Assembly (NCBI GenBank): GCA_964368755.1
Contig: CAYJCR010000001.1
Span: 3,939-67,938, forward strand
Reading direction: 5' to 3'
DNA length: 64,000 bases
DNA from: an uncultured Lachnospiraceae bacterium
Lineage (GTDB): Bacteria; Bacillota; Clostridia; Christensenellales; UBA1242
Position numbers and translations under genes: made by a program. The notes beneath the pieces are model-generated. The model was not told the DNA's origin and did not search any database. It worked only from the letters and a program-made list of their open reading frames with translations. Below are positions 55,571 through 64,000 of this stretch, piece after piece (the first letter of the stretch is position 1; each line of letters starts with the position of its first letter).

Positions 55571-56293
55571 ATGAGCAAATCTTCTAATGCACAAAGATTC
55601 ATACAAGCATATAATGAGATAGACCATAGCCTTAGGACAATATATGGGTTCAAACGCAGTTTGACATATGCTGATTTGATACGCAAAGCAGTTACTCTCA
55701 ATGCTGTCATAAGGAAGTATGAAGAGACTCTTATCGACTATGGTCGACTTCGTAACTCTATTGTGCATAAGTCCAATCCCAATTACGTGATTGCAGAGCC
55801 TCATGACGATGTTGTAGAAGAGTTCGAGAAGATTGCTAAGCTTGTTGCAACTCCTCCCAAAGCTATTGATAAAGTATGCGAGCGCAATGTTATGTGTATA
55901 AGTCATGACTCAACTGTAAGAAGTGCTATTGAGCTTATCGCAGAGACAGGATATAGCAATATACCAGTATATAACGGTAATTTACTTCTCGGAGTTGTCA
56001 ATCGTTCAATACTGATAGAAGTATTAGGGCTTGAGTCTAAGAACGGTGGTTCCCTTGATGACAAAGCCAATAACACAATACTTCAAGATATAATGGCAGA
56101 CAGTGAGAAAAGAATATATTACAAAGTAGCTGATCGCAATATTAGTGTCGAGAAAGCCCTTGATATGTTCTATGCTGAGAGGAAACTTGAAGCTGTGCTC
56201 ATAACTCCAAAAGGTACTTATGAAGAACTTCCTATTGGTATTATTACTGCAGGAGATGTTCTTGATATGAATGAGATCCTTGAGAATTACTAA
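55571..56293 (+). CDS. CBS-pair protein with HEPN-like (Rx4H) helical N-terminal domain
   Basis: The C-terminal ~140 aa contain two CBS motifs (VMCISHDSTVRSAIELIAETGYSNIPVY...LLGVVN and ...EAVLITPKG...PIGIITAGDVL). The N-terminal ~95 aa are helical, with YGRLRNSIVH. Confidence 0.7.
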   Translation: MSKSSNAQRFIQAYNEIDHSLRTIYGFKRSLTYADLIRKAVTLNAVIRKYEETLIDYGRLRNSIVHKSNPNYVIAEPHDDVVEEFEKIAKLVATPPKAIDKVCERNVMCISHDSTVRSAIELIAETGYSNIPVYNGNLLLGVVNRSILIEVLGLESKNGGSLDDKANNTILQDIMADSEKRIYYKVADRNISVEKALDMFYAERKLEAVLITPKGTYEELPIGIITAGDVLDMNEILENY

Positions 56294-56303
56294 TATTTTG
56301 TAT

Positions 56304-56336
56304 AAAAAAAGACGCTATCATTAGCGTCTTTTTTTT
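56304..56336. terminator. Bidirectional terminator (CBS gene / groEL)
   Basis: AGACGCTA tcat TAGCGTCT flanked by A7 and T8. Confidence 0.8.
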
Positions 56337-56402
56337 GTTACATATAAGAATAATTGTAATATGAAAAATTGCAGGACACAAAAATCTTTTACAACTATTT
56401 TG

Positions 56403-57980
56403 CTAATCTTTATTTTCTGTCTTTACAACAATTCCTTCTGTTGTGAGGAGAGTGGTTGCTACACTACAAGCGCTTTTGAGAGCTGATATAGTTACTTTGG
56501 CTGGATCAATGATACCACATTGTATCATGTTGCAGAACTTATTATTCATAGCATCATACCCATAGTTGGGTTCGCTTTTTGATAATATCTTGCTAATAAT
56601 CAAACCGTCTTCAAGTCCAGCATTATTTATTATTTGACGTATTGGAGCTTCGATAGCATAAGAAACTATTGTTGCTCCGATTTTTTCATCACCTGACAAA
56701 GATTTGATATATTTGTTCAAAAGTTTTTTGCAAGATAGTAGTGCAATTCCTCCACCTGCCACTATTCCTTCTTGCATAGCCGATTGAGTTGCATTGAGTG
56801 CGTCCTCTATACGTAGTTTTTTCTCACGCATTTCTACTTCTGTGTCTGCGCCTACTTGTAATACAGCAACTCCACCAGTGAGTTTGGCTAGACGTTGTTT
56901 GAGAAGGTCACGGTCTATGCCTGATGATTCATCAATAAGAGTCTTGAGGTAACTAATTCTTTCTTCAAGTAGAGGATTATGAATGCCAATAATAGTTGTG
57001 CTATCTTTGGTAGATTTGATTTTTTTGGCTTGACCTAGCGAGTCTATGGTTACTACTCTCAAATCATCGCCGTTATTTGAGGAATATACTTTTGTATTGC
57101 ATAGGCAGGAGATATCTTGTAATAGTGCCTGTTTGCGATCGCCATAACCGGGAGCCTTGATAACTGTACATGCAAAGTTACCTCGCATTTTGTTAAGGAC
57201 AATCGTAGATAATGCTTCGTTATCTATATCTTCACATATAATAAAAAGCTTTGTTCCACTCGAAGCAGTTTGTTCGAGGATAGGAAGAATTTCTGAAAGT
57301 GTTAATTTGTTATCAGTAATAAAAACTTTTGGATTGTCGTAAAAAACTTCCATTTTTTCCATGTCTGTACTCATATATGGAGATAGGTAGCCTCTATCTA
57401 GTTGCATACCACTTACGATATTGATTGATGTTGTAAGATTGTTACTTTCTTCGATAGTTACAACCCCATCTGATCCAACAGTCTTGATAGTATCTGATAT
57501 GATCTTGCCAATATCCTCATTGCCAGCAGAGATACTTGCTATCTGAAACAGCTCTTTGTCATTTGAGATAAGCTTTGCATTACTCGAAATATGATCGATA
57601 CATCTTTGACAAGCATTCTTTATACCTTGATTGATAAGTACAGGATTGGCACCAGAATTAATATTGCGTATGCCTTGACTGATCAAAGATTGAGATAATA
57701 CTATAGCAGTAGTTGTACCATCGCCTGCAATGTCATTGGTCTTGGTACAGACTTCTTTGATAACCTGAGCCCCGATATTCTCATATGGGTCTTCAAGAAC
57801 GATATGTCTAGCTATTGTGACACCGTCATTGGTTATGAGTGGAGGCAAATAACCTTGATCGAGTATTACATTCCGACCCTTTGGTCCCAATGTTACTCTG
57901 ACAATATCTGCAACTTTTCCGACCCCGCGGTCGATAGATTGCCTTGATTTGTCTTTTTGCTGTATTTTTGTGCAATTCAT
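56403..57980 (-). CDS. groEL: Chaperonin GroEL (divergent, no Gly-Met C-terminal tail)
   Basis: VTLGPKGRNVIL, ITNDGVTIA, AGDGTTTA and GIVAGGG motifs. 525 aa, ending TTEGIVVKTENKD. Confidence 0.9.
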   Translation of the reverse strand: MNCTKIQQKDKSRQSIDRGVGKVADIVRVTLGPKGRNVILDQGYLPPLITNDGVTIARHIVLEDPYENIGAQVIKEVCTKTNDIAGDGTTTAIVLSQSLISQGIRNINSGANPVLINQGIKNACQRCIDHISSNAKLISNDKELFQIASISAGNEDIGKIISDTIKTVGSDGVVTIEESNNLTTSINIVSGMQLDRGYLSPYMSTDMEKMEVFYDNPKVFITDNKLTLSEILPILEQTASSGTKLFIICEDIDNEALSTIVLNKMRGNFACTVIKAPGYGDRKQALLQDISCLCNTKVYSSNNGDDLRVVTIDSLGQAKKIKSTKDSTTIIGIHNPLLEERISYLKTLIDESSGIDRDLLKQRLAKLTGGVAVLQVGADTEVEMREKKLRIEDALNATQSAMQEGIVAGGGIALLSCKKLLNKYIKSLSGDEKIGATIVSYAIEAPIRQIINNAGLEDGLIISKILSKSEPNYGYDAMNNKFCNMIQCGIIDPAKVTISALKSACSVATTLLTTEGIVVKTENKD

Positions 57981-58240
57981 TAGTTTTCCTCCTTACACTT
58001 TTTGGCAATAATATCAACTTGTTTGATAATAATATAGTTTATAGAATTAATTGCTATTTTGTTGGCAACAAAATCTTCATAATATATAATGTCATTTTGT
58101 TTCAGTTGATCAACATCCTTGCCTAGGGCAACGACTTTGGCAATTTTGATAGAGCTATTATTGGGCACGATTATCTTTGAAGATGATTCTTCAAGTATAG
58201 GCTCTGCTACAACTCTATCGTATAATGGTATGATATTCAT
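57980..58240 (-). CDS. groES: Co-chaperonin GroES (divergent, 86 aa)
   Basis: MNIIPLYDRVVAEPILEE...KIIVP...AKVVALG. Start at the Met with a GAGGAG RBS. Its stop overlaps the groEL start (TAATG), and its last codons (AAGGAGG) form the groEL RBS. Confidence 0.8.
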   Translation of the reverse strand: MNIIPLYDRVVAEPILEESSSKIIVPNNSSIKIAKVVALGKDVDQLKQNDIIYYEDFVANKIAINSINYIIIKQVDIIAKKCKEEN

Positions 58241-58281
58241 ATAACATTTTCTCCTCTTGATAATGTCTATGTCCAACAAAA

Positions 58282-58319
58282 AAACTTATGAATAAAACGA
58301 GTTGTAATAGCATAAGTTT
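58282..58319. promoter_or_regulatory. 9-N20-9 inverted repeat upstream of groES (not CIRCE)
   Basis: AAACTTATG - 20 nt - CATAAGTTT, 42-79 nt upstream of the groES start. Confidence 0.3.
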
Positions 58320-58385
58320 AGTTGAGGGATAGTACCTATTCGGCATATATAGTTTAATGGGAGAAAAGGGAAGAATCAATATTTT

Positions 58386-59165
58386 ATGACACATAATATT
58401 TCCGATTACAATAAATGTGCATATGTTCAAACTGCCAAAGCAAAGAAGGCTGGGTGGTTCACTTTGTTATTCATATGCATAAGTGCGCTGTTGATATTTT
58501 CTATGTCGGATTTTATATCTGGTATGATAAGTGGACGAGGGTCAATGGTGTGGTCAGGCAAGATTGATCTAAAAAGTTTTTCTTTGTATGCTATTGAGAT
58601 TGGACAATATAGTGACTTTAATGAAGCCCAACAAGTTTCTGATAAACTTAAATCTCAAGGTGCGGCTGGATATATATATCATAGTGGAGATTACCATGTT
58701 TTTGTTTCGATGTATGATAACTATGCTGATGCTGAACAGGTCAAGAATAACTTAGAAAATAGTGGACAAAGTTCAAAAATATTTACTATAAGTATGCCTA
58801 GAATCAACATAGAAATAGGCGATGAAAGTATAAAAGAAGCGATAGGACTGTATCGAAACTCGTATAGCAAGCTATACGAACTATCTATTGGTTATGATGG
58901 TGGGGATATATCCAAGTTAAAAGTTACAACCGATATTAATGATATAAAAAGCACATTTGAGAAGGCATCTCAATCTGTGTATGATATAGTGCTAGAATCA
59001 AATAATGCCACAGCAGTTTTGCTCAAAAACAGCCTTGACAAAATAGTACAAATCCTCGAATACACAATCAAAATCAATAGTGATGGATACGACTTCAATA
59101 GCGCAATCAAAAAATGCTATTTTGAAGTAATATTTGAGTATTTACAATTTGCAAAAAAAGTTTAG
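58386..59165 (+). CDS. SPOR-domain membrane protein
   Basis: N-terminal TM helix (WFTLLFICISALLIFSM), then YAIEIGQYSDFNEAQQVSDKLKSQGAAGYIYHSGDYHVFVSMYDNYADAEQVKNNL, which matches the SPOR peptidoglycan-binding fold pattern. Confidence 0.65.
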   Translation: MTHNISDYNKCAYVQTAKAKKAGWFTLLFICISALLIFSMSDFISGMISGRGSMVWSGKIDLKSFSLYAIEIGQYSDFNEAQQVSDKLKSQGAAGYIYHSGDYHVFVSMYDNYADAEQVKNNLENSGQSSKIFTISMPRINIEIGDESIKEAIGLYRNSYSKLYELSIGYDGGDISKLKVTTDINDIKSTFEKASQSVYDIVLESNNATAVLLKNSLDKIVQILEYTIKINSDGYDFNSAIKKCYFEVIFEYLQFAKKV

Positions 59166-59374
59166 CAATATATCTTTGCTAAAAAGCGCATATAATTATT
59201 AAATTACTTTATTAATAATATGAAAATAAACTGAAGTACGTACTTTGGTTTATTTTGTTTATTTGTAATATTTGCACAAATTTATATTTGGGTATTGATT
59301 TATTGCACAGAATAGTGTAGAATAGCTTTGTATTAAAGTATTGTGTCGTTACAATACATACGGGAGAGAACATT

Positions 59375-62300
59375 ATGAAGAATAAATTTGTGAAGATTAT
59401 TGCTGCACTAACATTTTGTTTGGTGCTTATTATCCCTATTGTTGTAGTAGGATGTGAGTCAACAAATGGTGGTAGCGGTAGAATCAAAGTTACCTTTGAT
59501 GGCAACACGGGCAACCTTAACGGCAACTCATCGATAACTGAATCCGTTGATAAGAATAGCACAGTGTCTGACCTTGACAGATTCATTCCAACTAAGGTTG
59601 GATATAGTTTTGTCGGCTGGTCAACCAAACAGGACGGATCAACTATTCTCAAGTCAACTGATAAGATTGATTCGAGCACAACTTTGTATGCCATATGGGA
59701 GATTGATGAGATTACTCTCACATATAACCTTATGGGTGGTACAGGAACATTAGCTCCAGTAACAGCAGATTATGGTACAACCGTAACAGTAAGTGATGGT
59801 TCTACTATAAGCAAAGATAATTATGTCTTTGATGGTTGGTATTACGAATCAACTTATACTAACGCAATAGCAAACAATCGTAAGATATATCTTTCGTCTG
59901 ATGTAACAATATATGCGAAGTGGAAGGGCGAGAATAGAGTAGTCAATAAGATGGAATATGATTTTGCAAACAATTCTTATGTTAGTGCTACTCCAGCTAA
60001 TTATGAGTATGGCAAGTCAATTACATTGCCAACAGTAACAGATAAAGCACATTATACTTTCTTGGGTTGGGCAACTACTCCTAAAGCAAACTTGGATAGC
60101 AATACAGCCGAAGATATCATCTATAATGGCGGAGCTCTAGTACAAGTAATATGGGGAGAAGATGCTGATGCAGCTCTTACTATATATGAAGTTTGGAGTA
60201 CAAATAAATATACTATTAATTATGTAACCAATGGCGCTGATCCAATCGACCCTGTTGTTATCACATATGGTTCACGCGATAGTGAAGACAATCTTAGAAC
60301 TTTTGCTGTAGCTAGTTGTGGTGCAAAATTTGGATATAACTTCCAAGGCTGGAATACAAAAGAAGATTTCTCAGGTAATGAGATAGCTGCTTCTGCAACC
60401 TTGACTGCTGATAAAAATTATACATTGTATGCAAAATGGCAAGCAAAGAATGTTGCAGTGACTTTGTATAGACACTTAGACGAGACAACTGATATTGTTG
60501 GAGAGGCTCCAGTATCTAGCCAAGTAGTAAATGTAGCTTTTGGTGGTAAAATTAAGTTAAGCGATTATCCAGTTGGAACTCCTTTCTATCTCAATGGATG
60601 GTATACAGCAAGCGACTTTGCTGATGCTAGCAAGGTAACTAATGATGAGATAGTTATGACAAAAGATTTGTTCGCAAGCGATGAGGATATGACTCTTACA
60701 TTCTACACAAACACTGTTCCTGCTAACCACACTATTAAATTCTATGCAGAAGATGGAACAACACTTGAGTATACAATTACCGTTGAACATAATCATGGAT
60801 ATTCTTTTGCTGATAACATTGAAACAATTAAGGAAGATTATACTGATAAGTTCATCAAAACGGGACACACTTTCTTTGGATTCAAAGTTAAGGGTGAAGA
60901 ATCAGAAGTTGTATATGGCGCTGGCGAAGGAAGAGTAAGTGCAATTGAACAAGTAAAAGATTCTTACGAATTGGTAATAGTATATAATATAAATAATTAC
61001 AATATCACATATGTAATATCTGTCAACAATGTTGGTGGTGAGACTGTTGTGAATGGCGATCACAAATTTGTTTACAATACAGATATCACACTGATAACTG
61101 AGCAAGATCTTGCATCTTCGGTCACGAATAGAAAGTTCTGTGGATGGAACACTTCACTTAACAGTGTTGGAGAAGCAAATGGAGATTATTACAAAGACGG
61201 CGACAAAATGCCTGCACAGGATATTAAGTTGTATGCCGTATGGTCAATATATGACTTCGAAATAGTAGGCGAAGAGAATAAAACAGCTACTTTCAAAGGT
61301 ATCTACACAGGTGCAGAGAATGCAGTTGGAGAGATAATATTTATACCAGAATACTTCATTGGATATAAGACGACTCAAATAGCCGAAGGAGCATTGGAAG
61401 GCAATACAACTATTACACAAGTAGTGATGCCAGAAGGTCTAGTGGTGATAGGAGCAAGAGCATTCAAAGGTTGTAGCAATCTTGAAGCAATCGATTGGAT
61501 GGCAAGCACAAGTGTAACTACCATTGGTGAGAGTGCATTCGAAAGCACTGGACTTATAGCTGCAGTTATTCCTGATTCTATCACAAGCATTGGCAACAAT
61601 GCATATAAGAACTGCTCATCAATAACAGAGATATATATGAATGTATCTTTGTCTCAGAGTAGATTGAGCCCAATCACACTTGGTAACAATGTATTTGAGG
61701 GTGTTGGTATTACAGCATTGAGTGGAGAAGGTTGGAGCGTACTTGGTAATGACTGGAAGCCATTCTTTGATGAAACAGATGGATATGCAATAGGTGAAGG
61801 TATATTTGCTAATTGTACAGCTCTTGAGAGTGCGAACTTTGGTTCAACACTTCCTTGTCTTAGTGATAAGTTGTTCGAAGGTTGTACAGCTTTGGTTGCT
61901 ACTAATGCTTTTGACAACAATATGTCATTCAAGCACTTTGGCAAATATGCGTTCAAGAATACAGATTTAACTTATACTCAAATGAAATTAAATAACAATA
62001 TTGAGTTTGTTGATGAAGGAGCTTTCTTTGGTAATAAACATATTGAAGAAGTAATACTTGGGCAGAATGTTATGTCAGTCAATGCATCAGCATTCGAAGA
62101 TTGTAGTGGATTAGAAGCTTTCAGTTATTATGATTTGTCCAACATAGGTGCTGGTCAAGAAGAATATGGTGCGTTAAAAGAAATAGGTGCTAAAGCTTTT
62201 AAGAATACAAAACTTACTGAGATGGTTATCGGTGGTAATATTGAGAAAGTATGTGCTGGAGCGTTTGATAATTGCGCATACTTGGCAGAAGTTGTTTTTG

Positions 62301-62449
62301 ATGTGAAGGTTGAAGGCTTTACATGTGAGGATGATGCTTTTTCGAACTGTGGTAAGAGTAATAGCGTCGAAGGCAACAAAGTAACATTCTACAATGCCCA
62401 AGAGGCTTGGATAGCAGTAGCAACAAATACAAATAAGGTTGTTGGTTAA
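59375..62449 (+). CDS. Surface lipoprotein: ~8 Listeria-Bacteroides repeats plus a C-terminal BspA-type LRR domain
   Basis: Signal peptide with lipobox VVGC (MKNKFVKIIAALTFCLVLIIPIVVVGCEST). Repeats end in F/Y-x-GW...LYA.W (YSFVGWSTKQDG...LYAIWE, YVFDGWYY, YTFLGWAT, YNFQGWNT, FCGWNT...LYAVWS). The LRR part is IAEGALEGNTTITQVVMPEGLVVIGARAFKGCSNLEAI... Confidence 0.85.
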   Translation: MKNKFVKIIAALTFCLVLIIPIVVVGCESTNGGSGRIKVTFDGNTGNLNGNSSITESVDKNSTVSDLDRFIPTKVGYSFVGWSTKQDGSTILKSTDKIDSSTTLYAIWEIDEITLTYNLMGGTGTLAPVTADYGTTVTVSDGSTISKDNYVFDGWYYESTYTNAIANNRKIYLSSDVTIYAKWKGENRVVNKMEYDFANNSYVSATPANYEYGKSITLPTVTDKAHYTFLGWATTPKANLDSNTAEDIIYNGGALVQVIWGEDADAALTIYEVWSTNKYTINYVTNGADPIDPVVITYGSRDSEDNLRTFAVASCGAKFGYNFQGWNTKEDFSGNEIAASATLTADKNYTLYAKWQAKNVAVTLYRHLDETTDIVGEAPVSSQVVNVAFGGKIKLSDYPVGTPFYLNGWYTASDFADASKVTNDEIVMTKDLFASDEDMTLTFYTNTVPANHTIKFYAEDGTTLEYTITVEHNHGYSFADNIETIKEDYTDKFIKTGHTFFGFKVKGEESEVVYGAGEGRVSAIEQVKDSYELVIVYNINNYNITYVISVNNVGGETVVNGDHKFVYNTDITLITEQDLASSVTNRKFCGWNTSLNSVGEANGDYYKDGDKMPAQDIKLYAVWSIYDFEIVGEENKTATFKGIYTGAENAVGEIIFIPEYFIGYKTTQIAEGALEGNTTITQVVMPEGLVVIGARAFKGCSNLEAIDWMASTSVTTIGESAFESTGLIAAVIPDSITSIGNNAYKNCSSITEIYMNVSLSQSRLSPITLGNNVFEGVGITALSGEGWSVLGNDWKPFFDETDGYAIGEGIFANCTALESANFGSTLPCLSDKLFEGCTALVATNAFDNNMSFKHFGKYAFKNTDLTYTQMKLNNNIEFVDEGAFFGNKHIEEVILGQNVMSVNASAFEDCSGLEAFSYYDLSNIGAGQEEYGALKEIGAKAFKNTKLTEMVIGGNIEKVCAGAFDNCAYLAEVVFDVKVEGFTCEDDAFSNCGKSNSVEGNKVTFYNAQEAWIAVATNTNKVVG

Positions 62450-62465
62450 TATAGATTATTAATCA

Positions 62466-62494
62466 TTGCAAACAGATAATATTTATGTTATACT
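62466..62494 (+). promoter_or_regulatory. Candidate promoter of the 62530 gene
   Basis: TTGCAA - 17 nt - TATACT with a TGt extended -10. Confidence 0.5.
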
Positions 62495-62529
62495 ATTAGT
62501 ATAGGAACAATATATAAGGGAGAGAACAA

Positions 62530-64000
62530 ATGGCAAGGAAAAAAAGGTACACAGAAAGTGCAGAGGGAAATAGATATCAAGAGGTTTTTGACACAATCAG
62601 AAGCCAATATCCAAGAGAAAAAGAATCTTCAATTAAAAAAATTGTAGAACAATTTCTTTCTCTTGAGAATAGGGATGGCAAAACGTATAGTGATACAGAG
62701 ATTCTTTCGATCATAGAGGAGAAAGTAGAACAACGTGCCAATAACGAAGAAGGAAGAAAGAGACTAGTTGGTGGGAAAAAGGGTCTATTAAAAAAACCTG
62801 TTCATAGTACTGCCGCTTCAGAAAATGGTAGCGAAAATGAGGGAACCCCTATATTGTATACCGCACCAAACGGACGTTCTTTGAAACAATTGAAGGCAAA
62901 GAAAATAATGACTAAGCTTTTGCCAATAGCTTTTACAATTGTTGCAATTGCCATATCACTCGGAGTGTATCATGGGGCTTATCCAGAACAAGCATCAAAA
63001 GATGCATATAAAGCGGCAGATTATTTTTATAGTAGATCTATTGATGACAAGGTTAACTTATTTGATACTATGTACACAAAACTTTCTGAGGTATCAAAAT
63101 CTGCTGGTGAAAAACTTAACAACTATGCAGTACGCATTGCAGAAAGAAAGGCTCAAAAAGAAGCTGACAAACAAGTGGAACAAGAGCAACAAACTCCAGG
63201 GGATGATGTTGTTGATAAAGGACAAGACGGGGAAGAAAAAGGTGGCGATGATGTAATAGTTGATGGAGACAAAATAGTTACTACTCAGCCAATATTTATG
63301 AAGGGGACTACTGTTACTCCTGATATTACACCAGTTTTTATAGAAGAGGATTCTTACAAGAGTATTCAAAAGTCATTGTTTAACTTCTCTGATGGTAGAG
63401 CTGTGGAGATAGTAGATGTATTTGGTTATCAACAAACTGGTCATAAAGACGGAGATGTTGTTATAATAGCCAAGGTTGAAGATGAGTATAAATTCATTTC
63501 ATCTAAATTGCCAAGAAAGACCTTTGACTTGTTGGAAGACAAAGACACACTCCAAGAAGGTGTTATTGAAGTATTGTCAACTCTTGTAGTCAATAATAGC
63601 AGAGCGAGCACTATAGAAAAAGATGATATTGCTAGTGTGAAAGAAAGAATTATCAATAATAATTTGATAAAAATGGTTGATGGCGAGAAAAAAGTTATTC
63701 AAGTAGGATCAGACATAATTGATCACCTCAACAAAGAAGTGTCAGCAAAGAGCGTGTACTTGAATGAAGAGACTCTTAATGCTTATGCTGAGTTCCAAAA
63801 AACAACAGTTGGAGAAGATTATAGCATATATAGTATTAAGGTTGACGAAGCAACAAAAGCTGTAACATATTATGGATTTAATGATGATAATGACGTAATA
63901 GCAAGAACAATTCAATACGGTGCTACTGATGATATGTCAGTGTTTAATGAAATCGGTAACATTACGGGTCTTGCAAAAGCCTTGTCTTTGACAGGAACAG
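62530..64000 (+). CDS. Type-II (N-in) single-pass membrane protein of unknown function, 3'-truncated by the window edge
   Basis: Absent from the ORF track because no stop is reached. ATG 62530 follows a GGGAGAG RBS and the frame stays open for 490 codons to nt 64000. Translation starts MARKKRYTESAEGNRYQEVF. TM helix LLPIAFTIVAIAISLGVY lies near residue 140. Confidence 0.75.
   Translation, partial: MARKKRYTESAEGNRYQEVFDTIRSQYPREKESSIKKIVEQFLSLENRDGKTYSDTEILSIIEEKVEQRANNEEGRKRLVGGKKGLLKKPVHSTAASENGSENEGTPILYTAPNGRSLKQLKAKKIMTKLLPIAFTIVAIAISLGVYHGAYPEQASKDAYKAADYFYSRSIDDKVNLFDTMYTKLSEVSKSAGEKLNNYAVRIAERKAQKEADKQVEQEQQTPGDDVVDKGQDGEEKGGDDVIVDGDKIVTTQPIFMKGTTVTPDITPVFIEEDSYKSIQKSLFNFSDGRAVEIVDVFGYQQTGHKDGDVVIIAKVEDEYKFISSKLPRKTFDLLEDKDTLQEGVIEVLSTLVVNNSRASTIEKDDIASVKERIINNNLIKMVDGEKKVIQVGSDIIDHLNKEVSAKSVYLNEETLNAYAEFQKTTVGEDYSIYSIKVDEATKAVTYYGFNDDNDVIARTIQYGATDDMSVFNEIGNITGLAKALSLTGT

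Noticed and set aside
55163-55906. Small ORFs at 55163-55372 (+), 55295-55507 (-), 55495-55710 (-) and 55553-55906 (-).
   Set aside because: The first two overlie the SRP RNA gene and its promoter. The others are antisense to, or upstream of, the CBS-protein gene and have no SD or motifs.
59162-59183. Hairpin TTAGCAA-N8-TTGCTAA overlapping the stop of the SPOR-domain gene, considered as a terminator.
   Set aside because: It is followed by A-rich rather than T-rich sequence on the plus strand and the stem is short, so it is not a convincing intrinsic terminator.

Overview
AT-rich chromosomal segment from a low-GC, Gram-positive-type anaerobe (Bacillota-like). Lineage evidence: a SpoVT homolog, secG-rnr-smpB-ssrA synteny, a long Alu-domain SRP RNA, a T-box leader, PFOR and NrdDG. 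Nearly two thirds of the window is ordinary core genome: dusB, a Na/Pi transporter, pgk-gpmI-tpiA, secG, rnr, smpB, tmRNA, a patatin-like lipase, a ComEC-type MBL protein, nrdDG with NrdR boxes, tkt, PFOR, truA-rplM-rpsI, trxB, glmM, a pseudouridine synthase, an rRNA-type methyltransferase, ileS behind a T-box, ung, SRP RNA and a divergent groESL. Five very large or unusual predicted envelope proteins are interleaved with these genes and occupy about 23 kb, over one third of the window. They are: (1) a >2,297-aa Tyr/Asn-rich giant with no family I can name, cut by the window edge; (2) a 3,248-aa five-module GLUG/beta-helix-type giant with Listeria-Bacteroides repeats and a C-terminal TM anchor; (3) a signal-less BspA-type LRR protein; (4) a 1,024-aa lipoprotein combining Listeria-Bacteroides repeats and BspA-type LRRs; (5) a type-II membrane protein that runs off the window end. 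I regard this domain-shuffled set, including a twice-seen pairing of an exported repeat protein with a downstream protein starting MAR..YTE, as the best candidate for something undescribed. Its function is inference only. Smaller oddities: glmM appears to start at a non-canonical ATA just after the trxB terminator; S9 has an obligatory Ala/Lys/Pro-rich N-terminal extension; a shikimate-kinase-like protein has destroyed catalytic motifs; a CBS-pair protein carries a HEPN-like Rx4H N-domain; a membrane-anchored DUF2726 nuclease-like protein is coupled to ung; truA is probably leaderless; groESL lacks CIRCE. I saw no transposase, integrase, CRISPR array, tRNA or rRNA. All domain calls come from reading motifs by eye, with no searches run.
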